64,000 nt of DNA from the NCBI GenBank assembly GCA_030704615.1, contig CM060733.1, forward strand, positions 39,990,001 through 40,054,000, written 5' to 3'. Source of the DNA: Takakia lepidozioides. Lineage: Eukaryota > Plantae > Bryophyta. A model generated the notes under the pieces. It was not told the DNA's origin, ran no database searches, and saw only the letters and a program-made list of their open reading frames with translations. Both the position numbers and the translations under genes were made by a program. This document shows positions 39,999-53,069 of this stretch, one piece after another (the stretch's first letter is position 1; every line of letters starts with the position of its first letter).

Positions 39999-40208
39999 GG
40001 GCATTACACTCCCATGTAATGCACCAGGCAGGGAGGCTGGTGCATTACACTGGGGTGTAATGCCCGCAGTGCCTTTTTGTACCTTTTTGTTGCGTGTGCT
40101 TTACACAGTGTAATGCCATGAGTGGAGAGCATTCCCGGATTTTCGGGCCTTCCCTCAGGCGACCGTTCTGGTGCCAGTGCCCTCAAATCCGGGAATGCCC
40201 TCCACTCA
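39999..40208. repeat. Two adjacent inverted-repeat hairpins (MITE-like)
   Basis: Arms ~39999-40026 / 40039-40066 (gggcattacac..tgtaatgcacc), and 30-bp arms 40119-40148 / 40179-40208 with 3 mismatches. Confidence 0.7.
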
Positions 40209-40479
40209 GGCCCTATACATTGTCTGCCCGAATCTTATTTTTTTTGGTGAAAAATCACCTGGATTTGACCTGGAAAATGGCCCGTCAGCTATGTACTTGT
40301 AAGCAGAATTATGGCTAGAAAATGGAGAAGATTACACTTACTCAACAAGTTTAAGGCAAGCGTGTGAGGTGGTGGGGCCCGCTGGCCGAGGCTCCAGCAG
40401 CCTACCAGTCAGATTTCATCCCCAATTGAGAAGGTGGGGAGTGCTCCACACCTCCCCTTCCCTCCTCATGCTCCCCACC

Positions 40480-40840
40480 TTTAAGACCAAACACTCTCCA
40501 ATTTTGCTCCCATGTTCCTGCTCCTCCACATTGGGACAGGGGAGCGAGGAGGGGAGCGGGATTGGGAACAGGGGAACGAGCTATGTTCCACAGTGCAAGG
40601 AGGGGAGCGGGGAGCGGGAGCAAGGAGCGAGTTATGTTCCAGAGAACAAGGAGGGGAGCGCGGACCGGGAACAGGGAGCGAGCCGCATTCCATAAGGCGA
40701 GAGGAGGGGAGCGGAGAGCGGGAACAGGGGAGCGAGGACAAGGGACAGGGATAGGGGAGCAGGCCTGGGAACAAGGAGGGGACAAAGGAGCGGACACTAG
40801 GAACAGGGAGCTGGAGTGAGGAATTATTTTGGAGATGAAA
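40480..40840. repeat. G-rich short tandem repeats (GGGGAGCG/GGGAACA), probably a MITE interior
   Basis: Repeated ggggagcg(g), gggaacaggg and gagctatgttcca units; loosely inverted ends ctctccaa / ttggagatg. Confidence 0.55.
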
Positions 40841-43186
40841 AAAATCAATATTTAATTACATGTGCAACCAATCAACATTTTCAACATTTTCAACATATTC
40901 AAACTCTGACGATTTAAACCTCAAACCTTGCCGCCAAATTGCATATCACCTAGCCACCACACTTCCGTCCACTTCATGCCAAATTAAAGATTTTTTATTC
41001 TTTTATCCTAGAATACAGGCTCACAGGTGAGAGGGGAGCAGCGGAGGGTGGGGATTTTATCACGCCCCGCCCCAACGTCTCCAGTACACCATCACCGGCA
41101 ACAGTACCGGCAAGGCTCCCACGCTCGTTGGGTAACCGTAGTCTTCTCACCAGAAAATTAGCCAAATAGCATGGAAAAACATTTACATAAAAACTTCACT
41201 AATTTGAGTCAATGTTTGTGGTGCAGCGTCGTCGGGAAATAATTTCAGTTGAACCAGCCAGTAGCCGCTCATTCCCAGCAGCAATCGGCTAAGTGGGTTG
41301 GGCAGTCGGCTGCTGCCCCTTAGTGGTAACTATACCCGGTCAATTTCCGAGATGAATTCCTTACAACTGGTAATATTCCTAATGATTTATTTTGTGTTCA
41401 GCTATAAATCCGGCCCTTATAAACATCAACCTGTTGACAACACAGGTGTCAAATGCAACAATAAGTAAATAATAATAATAATAAATAATCACAACCAGTT
41501 TTAAGCAATTCAAACAAGTGAAGAACATTGTATCCTTATAGAAGCTGGACCTGTCAATGCCTTCACACCACATGGAGGCCAAGAATTGAACCTGCGTGGA
41601 CAGGTGAGCTGTGATAGCAGGCGGCGAGTGCAAGCAGGCGTGGGGCTGGGGCTGCGAGAGCAACGTCCAGACTTAGTAGGGTTTGCCTGCGGCCCCGCCC
41701 TCGAGTTCAATAGTTTTTCACCTAAACGCCATTCCTCGGATGTAACCCGGCCTGGCACGTTGGATTTCTGCCATGTGGCGGACTTCGACGGCCATTTCCG
41801 TTTTTTGTAATATAAGAAGGGCCGGAATCCGTCCAGGCCTTGCCAACTAAGGCAGATTTCCTGTCTGTAATGAAATGGAAAGGCAAATATCCTTCCTAAA
41901 AGTACGGCACCCGGTTGATTTCCGCTTTGGCCATTTTTTCCCTGGGATCCATTTCCTGAGGTTTCATATTTCATTCGGAAATTCTGGAATTCAGTCGGCT
42001 AGCATGTAACTGGCTGCCGGTTCTCCCCGGACGTTGTTGTGGTGGTCACATTTTGTCAACGTTGAGTTTTATCTTGATATGCTAATGTGACTGCAAAGCA
42101 TCCAACAGATGGTCCAATGGTCAGAGCACAGAAGCCCTCTTATAAGTGGTTGTGTGGGATCAAAGTCATAACCTAACTATAAAAGGGGGATTATTGGGTC
42201 TAAGATGGGCAGGGAATGGAGGGTTGACTGGGTACGAGGCAGACAGAGTATGGCCAAGCCCCCTCTTCTGGGTCTGCCCGGATAAACGTTCCCTCTATAA
42301 ACGTTAAACTAGCATAAATGTAGAAAGGTCGCTACCTGACAAGTGGCACGTTTTAGTGTTTCTGTAAAGGGACGGGTACCCGCAGCCTAGCACCACTACT
42401 TCGTCGACCTTGACACTTTGCATCCACGCACGCTTCCATCCATCTACCCCGCCCGTCGTAGGTACCATGGTCGTACATAATGGACCGCGCACCGCACGTA
42501 CGTACGAGTAGGTACCTACAGCAGGGCTTTGACCTGTACGACCGGTCGCGACGCGGCCGGGGACCGGGCCCCGGGTTTTCAGCAGCACGGGTACGGAGCG
42601 TACACAGCTGTGTGGCGCTGTAAAGTGGGGCGGGCTGAGCGTTGAGCGCGGCCGTGCTGCGCGCGGGATGCCCGCTGTTCGTGGCCTCCGTTCTGGACTC
42701 AACATCATTCACGCCAACCGCTCGGGAAAAAATTTGGCGGTCGGGAAAGTAGCGGAGAGTGGAATTGACACGTGATTATCGTGGCGCTCCACCGCGATTC
42801 CCACACACACCCCTCTATCGAACAAATTGGCACGACCGGAACAAAGAGATGGATGGAAGTGATGGATGGATGGATGGAAGTGCGGTGAATCGAAAAGAGG
42901 GTGCAACAACCTAGACAGGGACCAGCAGTCTACCGGTCACTGTTTAGAGTCCCTGTCAGTACAGTTGTGTGTCCCTGGACGGAACTCGTGTTACCGTATA
43001 GTACTTCTGTTAATACGTAGTAAGGTATTTTCACACACGTGTAGCTTCGTTTATAATACATACAGGTACGTATCTGTACGACGCAATATGGGTAGGTAGG
43101 CAGGTGTGGGGTCGAATCCCAGAGTGAAGATCTCTGGAGTTCACATGGGAACGAAATGGTGTGAATTAGGTGGCCATCTTACACTG

Positions 43187-43364
43187 GCATTGAAAGCAGA
43201 CTGTGGGTGATTCAGAGGCTGGGACTTGCAGGCATTTGAAGGCAGACTGTGGTGATTCAGAGGCTGGGACTTGCAGGCATTTGAAGGCAGACTGTGGTGA
43301 TTCAGAGGCTGGGACTTGCAGGCATTTCAAAAGCAGACTGTGGGTGATATGAGAGGCTGGACTT
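43187..43364. repeat. 45-bp minisatellite, about 4 copies
   Basis: gcatttgaaggcagactgtggtgattcagaggctgggacttgcag repeated. Confidence 0.9.
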
Positions 43365-44923
43365 AAGGTTAGTACAAGGTTTTCAAAGCAGACCGTGGGT
43401 AATTGAGTGGCTGGTTTTACAAGCCTGGCAGCAATGTGGAGCTGGATACTGAGGACTTGTGATTGCACGTCAAGCTGCCGAACACTCTTGCCATCTCCTT
43501 GGTGCTCCAAGTACAAAAGTAGCCAATAAGGCTGTGTTGCTGACCATGTTATTTTCTTGTGTTGTTTCTTAGCAAAGAACGAACCGTCAATCTTATGAGT
43601 CTATGGGGACAGACGGAGTGTAAGTTTAAGAAAGAGCGAGATGCTTAATTCATGAACCTCTCACTAGCTTTCTTTCTTCTTCAAAAACTACTATTGCCAA
43701 TCCCAAATCCAGTGAGATTTCTGTAGAGTCTAAGATAATAAATGCATACATAATCTACAGTGAACATTTTATGAACTTGAGTTGTGTAATAAGATAAACT
43801 CACCAATGTGTAGCCAAGCTGGAAGAGAGCTCTCCACTGTCACCATATTCAGAATTCCATCTTTGGTCTCCTTGATCTTGTTTCCTTTCCTACAACTCTC
43901 AAATGATTCCCTTATGAAACAGAATTTTTTTCAAGGATAAGAAATTCTTCCTCCTCAAAAATCAGATTTAGGAAAAACAAATCATCCCACAACAGGTCCT
44001 CAGGATGAATGAGCATTGGTACTTCATCAGAAGAAGAAACTTGATGGATGGTAGGTAAACTTTAGTCCTCCAAAAACATTGGTGAAAAACAAGTAAACAA
44101 CAAGAGATTCTACAGAAACTTTAACCATGTAAAATTTACATCCTATAATAGGTCAGGTTTCCTTGATCTTGTTGGGTGGTAGTTTGGCCCAAATCTGTTA
44201 GATTGGGTTTGGCCACTGAAGGTTTGAGATACAAAATACACACCATCAATCGACCATTTATTGAGCAGAACATGTAGCTCGCCATGCCTTCAACAATCCT
44301 GGTCCAACAAACCAGATGGACAGATGGCCTGTATTGAGAGATGACAACAAATTGGAACAAAGCAGATGAGAGAAAGATGCCCAAGTCAGCATATGTGGGG
44401 ATAGCTGGATAGATGCATGCTCTATGATATTGTTTGGACATCAGTTGAATCAGACTTTGATACTTAGATAAAAGCATAGCATCTTCTGAACTCCTCCATT
44501 TTCCCGGCGATAAACATGTCTTTGAGCGCCAATACTGAAGCTCCCCAGCAAGCTGAAAGTCAGGCCTCCTGTCGTTGTCCCTCTTTAAGTCTTCGAAACA
44601 GGTCACGCTCTGAGAGAGTGCACGAGATCCTTTCCCCATGGTATGTGCATGAAACCTGAATGTCCTGGTGCTTCCTTAAAGTTCACCATCTTTTCCACCA
44701 CTCAATTGTATCCGGTTCCTGCCATCTAGGCTAATCTCTGAAATGGTAATGGCAGTTGAATAGAGTAAATTGGTGTGTTGGTTGTGCTACCTCTACAAGA
44801 GCGCCTCTATAAGCAGGGCAGCATTGAGTGATTCTACACCTAGAGATGAAACAGAGGCTATGTTACATAACAAATTAATGTACTTACCGTCAGCTCAATC
44901 TAAAACCAACTTAAAAACCTCCC

Positions 44924-47900
44924 CTATTTGCTTTGCAAAGCAAGGTTGGCTGGCTTATCCCAGCCTTCAGGAAGCTTCCACTTTTCGTACCAGTGAATGG
45001 AGACCCTCAACCACAGTGGAAACTCAAATTCATCGTCTGAGGGCTCATCAGCAGGCCCGTCCATTGTGAGTGGGAGCCAAACATAACGCGAGTCACGTAG
45101 ATCTGCTGGCCGCCACCTGTATACCAAGAAATTTAACAACGAGAGATATAACATGCAAAGTAATGTATAAGCGCTAAAAGATGATGTCATTGGTTGAACT
45201 ACACTTGCGGAGGAGGTCCATGGGTGTTTACCCCACAGGTGAAACCTTTTCTCCAGGGCATGATAAACTTCTGCAATGCCTCAGCCCGTTTGATGAAGCC
45301 TGAAAGCAGCTGCCTTGGCTATCCCCTATACGTGCAGATTTACAGCCCTATTTGATGAAGCCTGAAAGCGGCTGCCTTGGCTATCCCCTATACGTGCAGA
45401 TTTACAGGCCTGGCTTGGTGATAATCCCTCACAACAAAGCACAACCTAACATGGTGTACAAAGTGCGGGCAGACAGGTCAGACAAAAAATCAGCATAACT
45501 AATACCACTAGCCCTCCAAGAATGCAAAAACAGCAAGAGTTGGACTACTGTGGCTCCAGAACCTTCCTCGACGATTATATGAGGAAAAGCAAACCCCAGC
45601 TAGTGGCCATCCTCACGAGCAGGCAGTTTCAGGGCACCCAGGTAATGAATCATTGCACCTGCTGGGTTCTACTTAGGTAATCCTATTATTCCCACAACAA
45701 GAGAAAGTTAACTTGAGGTACACTGCATGACTGAGACCAAGCTCCACAAAAAGAGGGGATTAGAGGCAGCACACATTACTATACCTGTCTGCCATGAACA
45801 GGAAGGTATCTTTTAGGCCAGGCAGTGGCATGACAAACGTGCCCTGTGAAATGAAGGTGAAAGCCCTGAACTCCTCCTCGCCCCCCACACAAGGATCTCC
45901 GAGTGTTGTCCATGGCCCCATCATTGACTCAGATGCATGCACTAGTGCACCATTGGGAGCCCACCAAGTGCATCCAGATGTCACCATGTAATACATTCCT
46001 CGGTGCTTGAACACTGCAGGGGCTTCTCGTCGCTGCTTCACCAGTAGCTTTTTCAGCCCCCTTCCCACAACATCAAGGTAGTCCTCCGTCAAGGTACCTG
46101 TATGGTGAACTCCATTCATGAGGCAGGTTGCTTGTAATCATCCCCATACACTCTGCGTCTCTGTCTCTCTGTCCTTTTCCTTCATGGGGGCTGGCAGTAG
46201 AACTACAGTCATATTTGGTACCTTGCTAGATGGCTAGAGCTGCAGTGCTGGAATCAAACTCATGCTTTCTAGTATGATCTCAATGCCAGTGGATAATTAA
46301 GATCCACCTCCTGTGATTGAACGTCACGCACATGGGCACGGTGACAAATTTGGGTATAGACTCGGAACCAGGTGGACTGAAACCCAACAACTGGCTCCGG
46401 TAGGTGGCGACAACGGGAAGGGACCAGTCCACGAAGACATTCTGTCTGCGCTATTTCTTTCACTGCATGTGCAACCACAGCACAGGCCCACTTTTGTTGC
46501 ATCTGTTGCAAAGCTGGAGGGCTAAAGGAGCAGTGCTGGGACAAACCCTCATGCTTTCCACTGTGCTGTCAATGTCAGCCTGTGACTCAACACTCCTGTG
46601 ACTGGGTTGGCATGGCTTTGCACAAGCAGCATGCCAATTTCAGCAATCTTATATTTTGATGAGCCCAAACCCCAAGACTAGCTCCGGTGGGACAGAATCC
46701 TGCATGGGTATGCCCCATACAGGTGGGAAAGCCAGCTGCTGCAGGGAATGTGTGATGAGCATATTCTCTCTCAGGAGTACATTCTCTCTCGCCCTTTCCC
46801 TCTGCAGTGAAACCACTCCCACATGCCTCGTGTCATCTTGGGGCTAGAGCAAGAATGTTGGAATCAACCTTATGCTCTCTAACATGATGTCAATGCCACT
46901 GCATACATCAACAACACCCATTTCCTTGTCATTGCAAGGACCACAGCCATTTCAGGTAATAGTATCACATAACCTGGTGGGCAGAAATCCCACCACCTTG
47001 TCTGGGGATAGGATTCTGAAGGGAATACATCTTCAAAGCGCACATTTTGACGAACAACCTCAGCAAAGCCAAGACAACTGTAAAGGCAAGGAGCCGCAAA
47101 GGCCCCAAGACAAAAAGCCTGCAAAAGGAATAGTAGGAAGAAGAAGGTACTAACAATTACTTCTAGAGGAAACCTGTTGTTCCGCTCAAACTGGGCGAGG
47201 GGTCTATGGCCATATGGTCAGTGGATGGTACTGGAATCAAATCTGCTGATACTCAAATTGAGTAGCCATTCGTTTGGACATACCTGAATTAAGATGCCCA
47301 TTCGAAAAAAAAATCTGTCCCTTGTTCTGCCCAAACTGGGCACAGGGTCTATGGCCACAAGGCTACGGCAAACAAAGTCTTGTGAGTATATCCCCTATTG
47401 AGTGTCACTATAGCACTCTGGGGACAGGAGCAGCAAAGATGAGATCCACAGCACTTGATCTGGCATGCTGTCTATACTAGCCCATACATCAAACCCAGTG
47501 TCCCCTGTAACAAGATTATTGTCAGTTGTCTGCACGTGAAAGGGCAATTCTGGTTTGAGTCCCATACACTCTGGTCAATTCAAACCCCACAATCAGCTCC
47601 AGGAAGGTTAGTATCACCCAGGGAGGATGCTTGGAATTGTTAGTGAATATATTGTGTCTGTCTCTCTCTATCAAATTGTATGGGTCTATGGCCACAAGAC
47701 TATGCAGACAACATCTTATGAGCACATTCTTTAGATTTGTATCAGCAGTTTTCCTGGTCAATCAATCCCTTCCTCGCGGAAACGATCATCAGCAAGAAAT
47801 TTTAGCTGATGCCCCACCCACTAAACCCCTTTTAACAGAAGAAATAAAGCACAGAGTGTCCCTCTCCCACAGCTGCCATCAGGGACCAATACACATCCTT

Positions 47901-49480
47901 CCCCCTCTCTTCGAGGGGCAACTTCTCCCCAGGAAACAGAACACAAATAGGAGTGCCCTCTTCATCTTAAGTATCTATGCGGGCTATTTCAGTGTGGTAG
48001 AGAGCTTCACTTTCAACCTATAAACATTGCAAACATACCTATGTGCAATTCACTGTTGGCCACTGATGAATAGATGATGTAAGCTTCTCCATTGTCGTCT
48101 TTGAAGAGGGCCAAGTCACGACTCTCACATCCATGGGGTCTTTTGCTCCCAAGATACTCAAAAGGACCTTCTGGCGTGGGACTAACTGCAACCCCAGCTG
48201 CAGCCTTGGAGTAGTTCAGACTGTCAATGTGCATCCACATCACATATTGTTTTGTATGATCGTTGTAAATCACCTTGGGCCGCTCAACCACGTTACTGGC
48301 ATAAAGATCACTGCTCTTGTCTGTCTTCTCAGCCTTCAGGGCAAGACCTTCATTCTTCCAGGTCCAGAGGTCCTTCGATGAGTAGCAGCTTACACCCAAT
48401 ACATCTACCTGAAAGTGCAGAAGAAGGAGCACTTGAGTTTCTTCCAGCTAAACCTGGTACGGACATGGTAACCAACTGGGTGCCCTCATAATATATAGCT
48501 CGGCCTTTACATAACTTGATTGCTGATTTGACTATTTTCATCCCAAACTTGCCCAACTCTGTAGTAGCCAACAGCATCTCATTTGCTGGAAGCAATTCAA
48601 GTATAGGGATAGGGCAAGGTCACCAAATCACCTCAAAACAACCAACCCACATCACCTGGCACTCATTTAAAAAATTACCTGGGGTTAATTTCTTCAAGAG
48701 AGTGCAGGGATATCCCAAACTTCAAAGAAGCAAAAAGTTGGCTGGAGAAGTTACTTTCTATATATGCAAACGAGCACATTTTAGAAAATGAAAGAGACGG
48801 TTGTAGGTTGAGACGACACAGCAAGATTGAGAGAAAGGGATGGAGGCACTGCACAGATGCACAGATGTGCTTGTGTGAGGTCAAATCTAAACCCCACCCT
48901 TGAGTGAAACAGATTCCTCGCGAGAGGGTATACTTACTCGAGCTGCTCCATGCTTGGCTGGATGATAAGTACGCCCGTCTTTGTTCTCACCGTACCAGTA
49001 AAACGTTTGGGTGTCCGCCACATATATGATGCCCCCACCATGGGCTTGAATGGGCCTGCCCTCAGAGTCACGCCATTCTCTGCCTGGGTAGAAATAGCCC
49101 TTTTCACTATCATTAGCCTTCAATGGATTGATTGCTAAGCTTTTATCTGGGAACAGCAGTGCCAGCTTCTTGATTGCCAAGAGTTCCTTGATATCCTCCT
49201 CAGTCTTGTTCTTCAATTTCTCCTTTGTAGGGGCCACAGCAGGCAATCTGTATTCAAACTTGTCATCCAGTCTCTCTTCTACCCTCTCTGGGATGTCTGC
49301 ATAGATGGGAAGCTCTCGCCATGGCGTCTGGGGGTCGGCCGGTGGGGTGTGGGTGGGGAAGAACGTAGTATAAGCCTGCAGGACTAGAATCCAAGCAGCT
49401 AATGACCAAATGATGGCTGGTAGACAGCACTTGCTTCCCAAATTGCATGTTTTCGATAACCTTTGGACCATTGAATTCAT
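44924..49480 (-). CDS. Glycoside hydrolase family 43 protein (plant exo-beta-1,3-galactanase-like, type II membrane protein); four coding exons
   Basis: Exons 49480-48938, 48408-48039, 46097-45785 and 45116-44924 splice in frame. N-terminal TM segment and motifs PIQAHGGGI, YWYGENKDG, VERPKVIYN, SRDLALFKDD, REAPA, TSGCT.WAPN and FMADRW..DSRYVWLP. Confidence 0.93.
45289..45407. repeat. 62-bp tandem duplication in GH43 intron 3
   Basis: tttgatgaagcctgaaagc..tatacgtgcagatttacag at 45289 and 45351. Confidence 0.9.
47170..47725 (+). mobile_element. Three short RTEX-like LINE tail fragments in GH43 intron 2
   Basis: gggtctatggcca(caaggctacgg..cttatgag) at ~47200, ~47345 and ~47681. Confidence 0.65.
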
Positions 49481-52400
49481 GTACTTGCAGGCTGTCCGGC
49501 TCCCCTCTTCTTCACACTCCCTTAGAATTTGCTAGTGACCTTTTTTCCTATTTAGTAAATACACTTTCCACAATCATTCCTGCTTGAACGCCTGCCCCAA
49601 TCTTGAACCCGGCCTCTCCTGCAATCCCTGCACCAATATCAAACCCAGCCTCTGTTTCAAATCAGATGTCTGTTTGACTCCACAAACACCTCAACTTGTT
49701 CCAACTATGTTATTGAGATTCCACCAGCCTACAGCTCGCATGGCTCTGAAGCCGATCCAGGTAGAGCCCCAGTAATAAGGTGGCATGATTATCACCAGAA
49801 TTTACCCAAATCAAACGCTGCATCTAGCAGTCTGCCCCTTGAGCCCCCACAACTGCAGATGCAAAAACCTGGCATGGCTGAGGTGGAAAAACCTTGTGGC
49901 CTACACAAATGAAAGAAAGGTAGACAGGAGGAATTCGTACAGGTGATGCCACAAGGGCAGCAGGGGCCCTGCTTCCCCAAGCGCATTGGGGGACCCGTTG
50001 TGGAAAGCCTGGGAGAACAGCCCTCGGTACGTGCCTGTGGTTTCACGCAGCATACGCTGCTATTTCCACTGCTTCGCTCTTGCTACTACCCATGTTGGCA
50101 ACTGAGATGAATGGCAATCGAGCTAAACAGCACAAAAGGATCTGGAGTTATAAGAGAAAGAGATGCACAGGCAGAGAGGAGACAGATGAAGAGTAGGAGG
50201 CGGAAATCTCCACAGTCACAAAGGCCCCCAAGGCCCAAGCACCCATTGGAGAACAATCTTCCCTCAAAGTGTCTTCGACCAATGGAGAGAGAGAGCCTGC
50301 AGGATCAGTCTGTAAATTATGCTATCTACTAAGCGCCACAAAATAAATCCTGAGAGGTTATGCATGACAGTGAACAGAAAGTAACAAATACAGAGCCAGG
50401 TTATTGAAAGCGACATGGAAGACCAGGTCAACAATGACTACAAAACTGCAGGAGCACGAATCCAGGTGGAAGAAGCATCTTGGAGACAAAAGTTCTAGGT
50501 TACAAATTCTAGACCAAATTACAAGGAACTTGGAGAGCAATAAACAACATTTTACACAGGCAAGAACTTCAGAGTAGATGAAAGCTCAAACTGTGGCTAA
50601 AACTACATCCACCCAACGGGATTGAAAATGTGCAGAGCAAGACAGCTAAAAGACAGAACTTGGAGGTGACATTGGAAACAAAAGAGAAAGGGAAAACTTT
50701 CCAAAATATCCAGAAGTTAACTGATGTCCTGCTGAGCAGGAGAACTGAAAAAGTGAGCGAGACATAGGTGAGGTGGAAAAAGCCATGATGATCAGACTGA
50801 AATACAGCTTTAACAATTAACAGATACAGAGAACACCTTTGCAATTCCCAACATTATTCTTCAAATTTTGCAACGTGAGCTAACCCCAGCAGAGAAGGCG
50901 ATGCTACATTCAGCTTTAGAAGCAAGCGGAGGAGAGGGACATACGTTGACATAGAGCACGTGAACACTTGAACAGGCGGAGAAATGTAGAAGGCACCAAA
51001 TGGCAGGGCAGAGAACGGAGACAGCGAGACAGGGACATGGAGAGGCTTACTACACGCTAGCAGCTAAAACGTGAATACACCAATAGTGCCGACACACACG
51101 GAACTGGCCAAAAGCTCAAAACACATTTTGATTATGGAAAGAAGTTGAGGTGATTACAGCACAGCAGCTACACATTGCATTGAACAATATCAACCGACAC
51201 AAAGAGACGTGGGTTGAATGAGAGACGAGTTAGCACCTACATTACCAACGTGCCATATCACAGAGCTACACAAAGACGAGATCAAAAACAAGGGAGGAGA
51301 AAAAGGGGGCAGGAAACCTACAGGAAGCGTTGCAGATGCCCTCCGAGAGACCGGTTTAGAGAATGCTCCTTCGATCACTTCAGAAAACTCCAAAAACTCC
51401 AATCCTTGACGACAAATCACCACATTTCAGCAGCACGTGCGCCTACAACCCCTGAATCTACGAACAGTTCATTGAAATCCTTCCGTTTGGATTGACCCGC
51501 TCACTTGATATGCGCGCAGCGAGAATGCGAGACGAGAGAGAAGCTCCGGCTCCCGCTGCAACGTCTCGACGTCATCGCCTTTTAGGGTTTTATTTTTTGG
51601 TTTTGCTGTCGTGAGGGAGTGAAGTGGACGACTTGTGTTCCCGATTCATTGGCTCTGCCCGGACCACTCATTCAATTATTCTGACATTTCAACGAATGGT
51701 AGGTAGCCAATGTTTGAGGTGATCGCGTCTAACTTTCATGTGTGGAGGTTGGCCAATCGCAGCGCTCCATCGAGGACTCCTCCGCCAAGGAAGTGTATCT
51801 TTTTCATCCCCAAGCACTAGTGCATTCCGTTGGACGGTTTGAACCCTAGATCACCGAGGCTATGCGCAAAGCTAGTGCTCTAGTGCAAAGCCGTTTCAGG
51901 CCCATGTGAAGCCCGTACCCGTGATGTGCATTGCTATATAACTTAGTAAGTAAGGGCGCTCGAGTCCAGGGTCTCGGAGGGCATCTGCAACAGTCCGGTC
52001 TGCGCAGTCCGACGAAAATCGAAAATGCAGGAAGGCCCGACAAGAGGCACGTAAGGAAATGGGATGCGGACGGCCCCGCGATCAATTCTCCCCAATATCC
52101 ACACCTTTGCTACGAATGCAATCACAAGCACGCACATAAACTATTGGGAAAAAACAACTCCTCCACCCGTCTGTGCAGGAAGCTAACTTCCATACCAATG
52201 TCAGCATTTGGGTTTTGAGGTTGGCCTTACATATCAAGGAGATATTTGTGATTTTGTTATATTAAATAGTGTAAAACACATTGTTGGATTAATTTACGTG
52301 TACATGCAATACATAAATTCGACAATATGTATATACCTATATCTTGTCGGGTGTGACGTCCGCCGATCACAATCTTCTCCCCCTTCCCTTGGGCTGTGTC

Positions 52401-53069
52401 CCATGCGCCTCATGGCGAGGTTACACTCTCCTCTCACTATAATTGATTGAGGGGTCTGCTTTATGAGCGGTAGCCTTTCGGGCCGTAAAGATATACGGAA
52501 GATAGAAGGATGCCAGAACACTTCTAGACTTAAGTGGAAGAACAAGTTACATATAGCAATAAAAGATTTAATAGTTTATTTTTATATTTTAATCATATTT
52601 TAGTTATTTTTAGTATTCATCTTTTTAGTCATAACCTAAATTAGAATCATTAAAAGTTATATTACTGTATGAATTAAATCAACACATATTTACTATTATT
52701 AATAATAATAAATTATTCAAAATTTAACTTTTATACAACCACTCACTTGTAACTACACAATGCTCTTAAACATGTAACAATCAGGTATATTATATATATA
52801 TATATATATTCAAAAATCTATCACACAACATTCAGTCTCACTTTCATTTTCTAAACATCTAAAGATTGGACATGTAACAAATCTGATTCTAAGTATTTCA
52901 ATCTATTTTTGCTTTCTATTATAATTAATTAAGAGAGTCGGACTATAAGCAACATTGTCAAAAACTGTGAAAGATGTACAGAAATGTTGGAAGAGGCTAA
53001 GCGAGATCATGAGAGACTTGAAAACTCTAAAAGCAAAGAATATTTCCTAAGGGAAATAGAAAAAATATG

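Noticed and set aside
42304-42712. GC-rich minus-strand ORFs of 134 aa and 119 aa
   Set aside because: No recognisable motifs or splice structure; probably repeat-derived.
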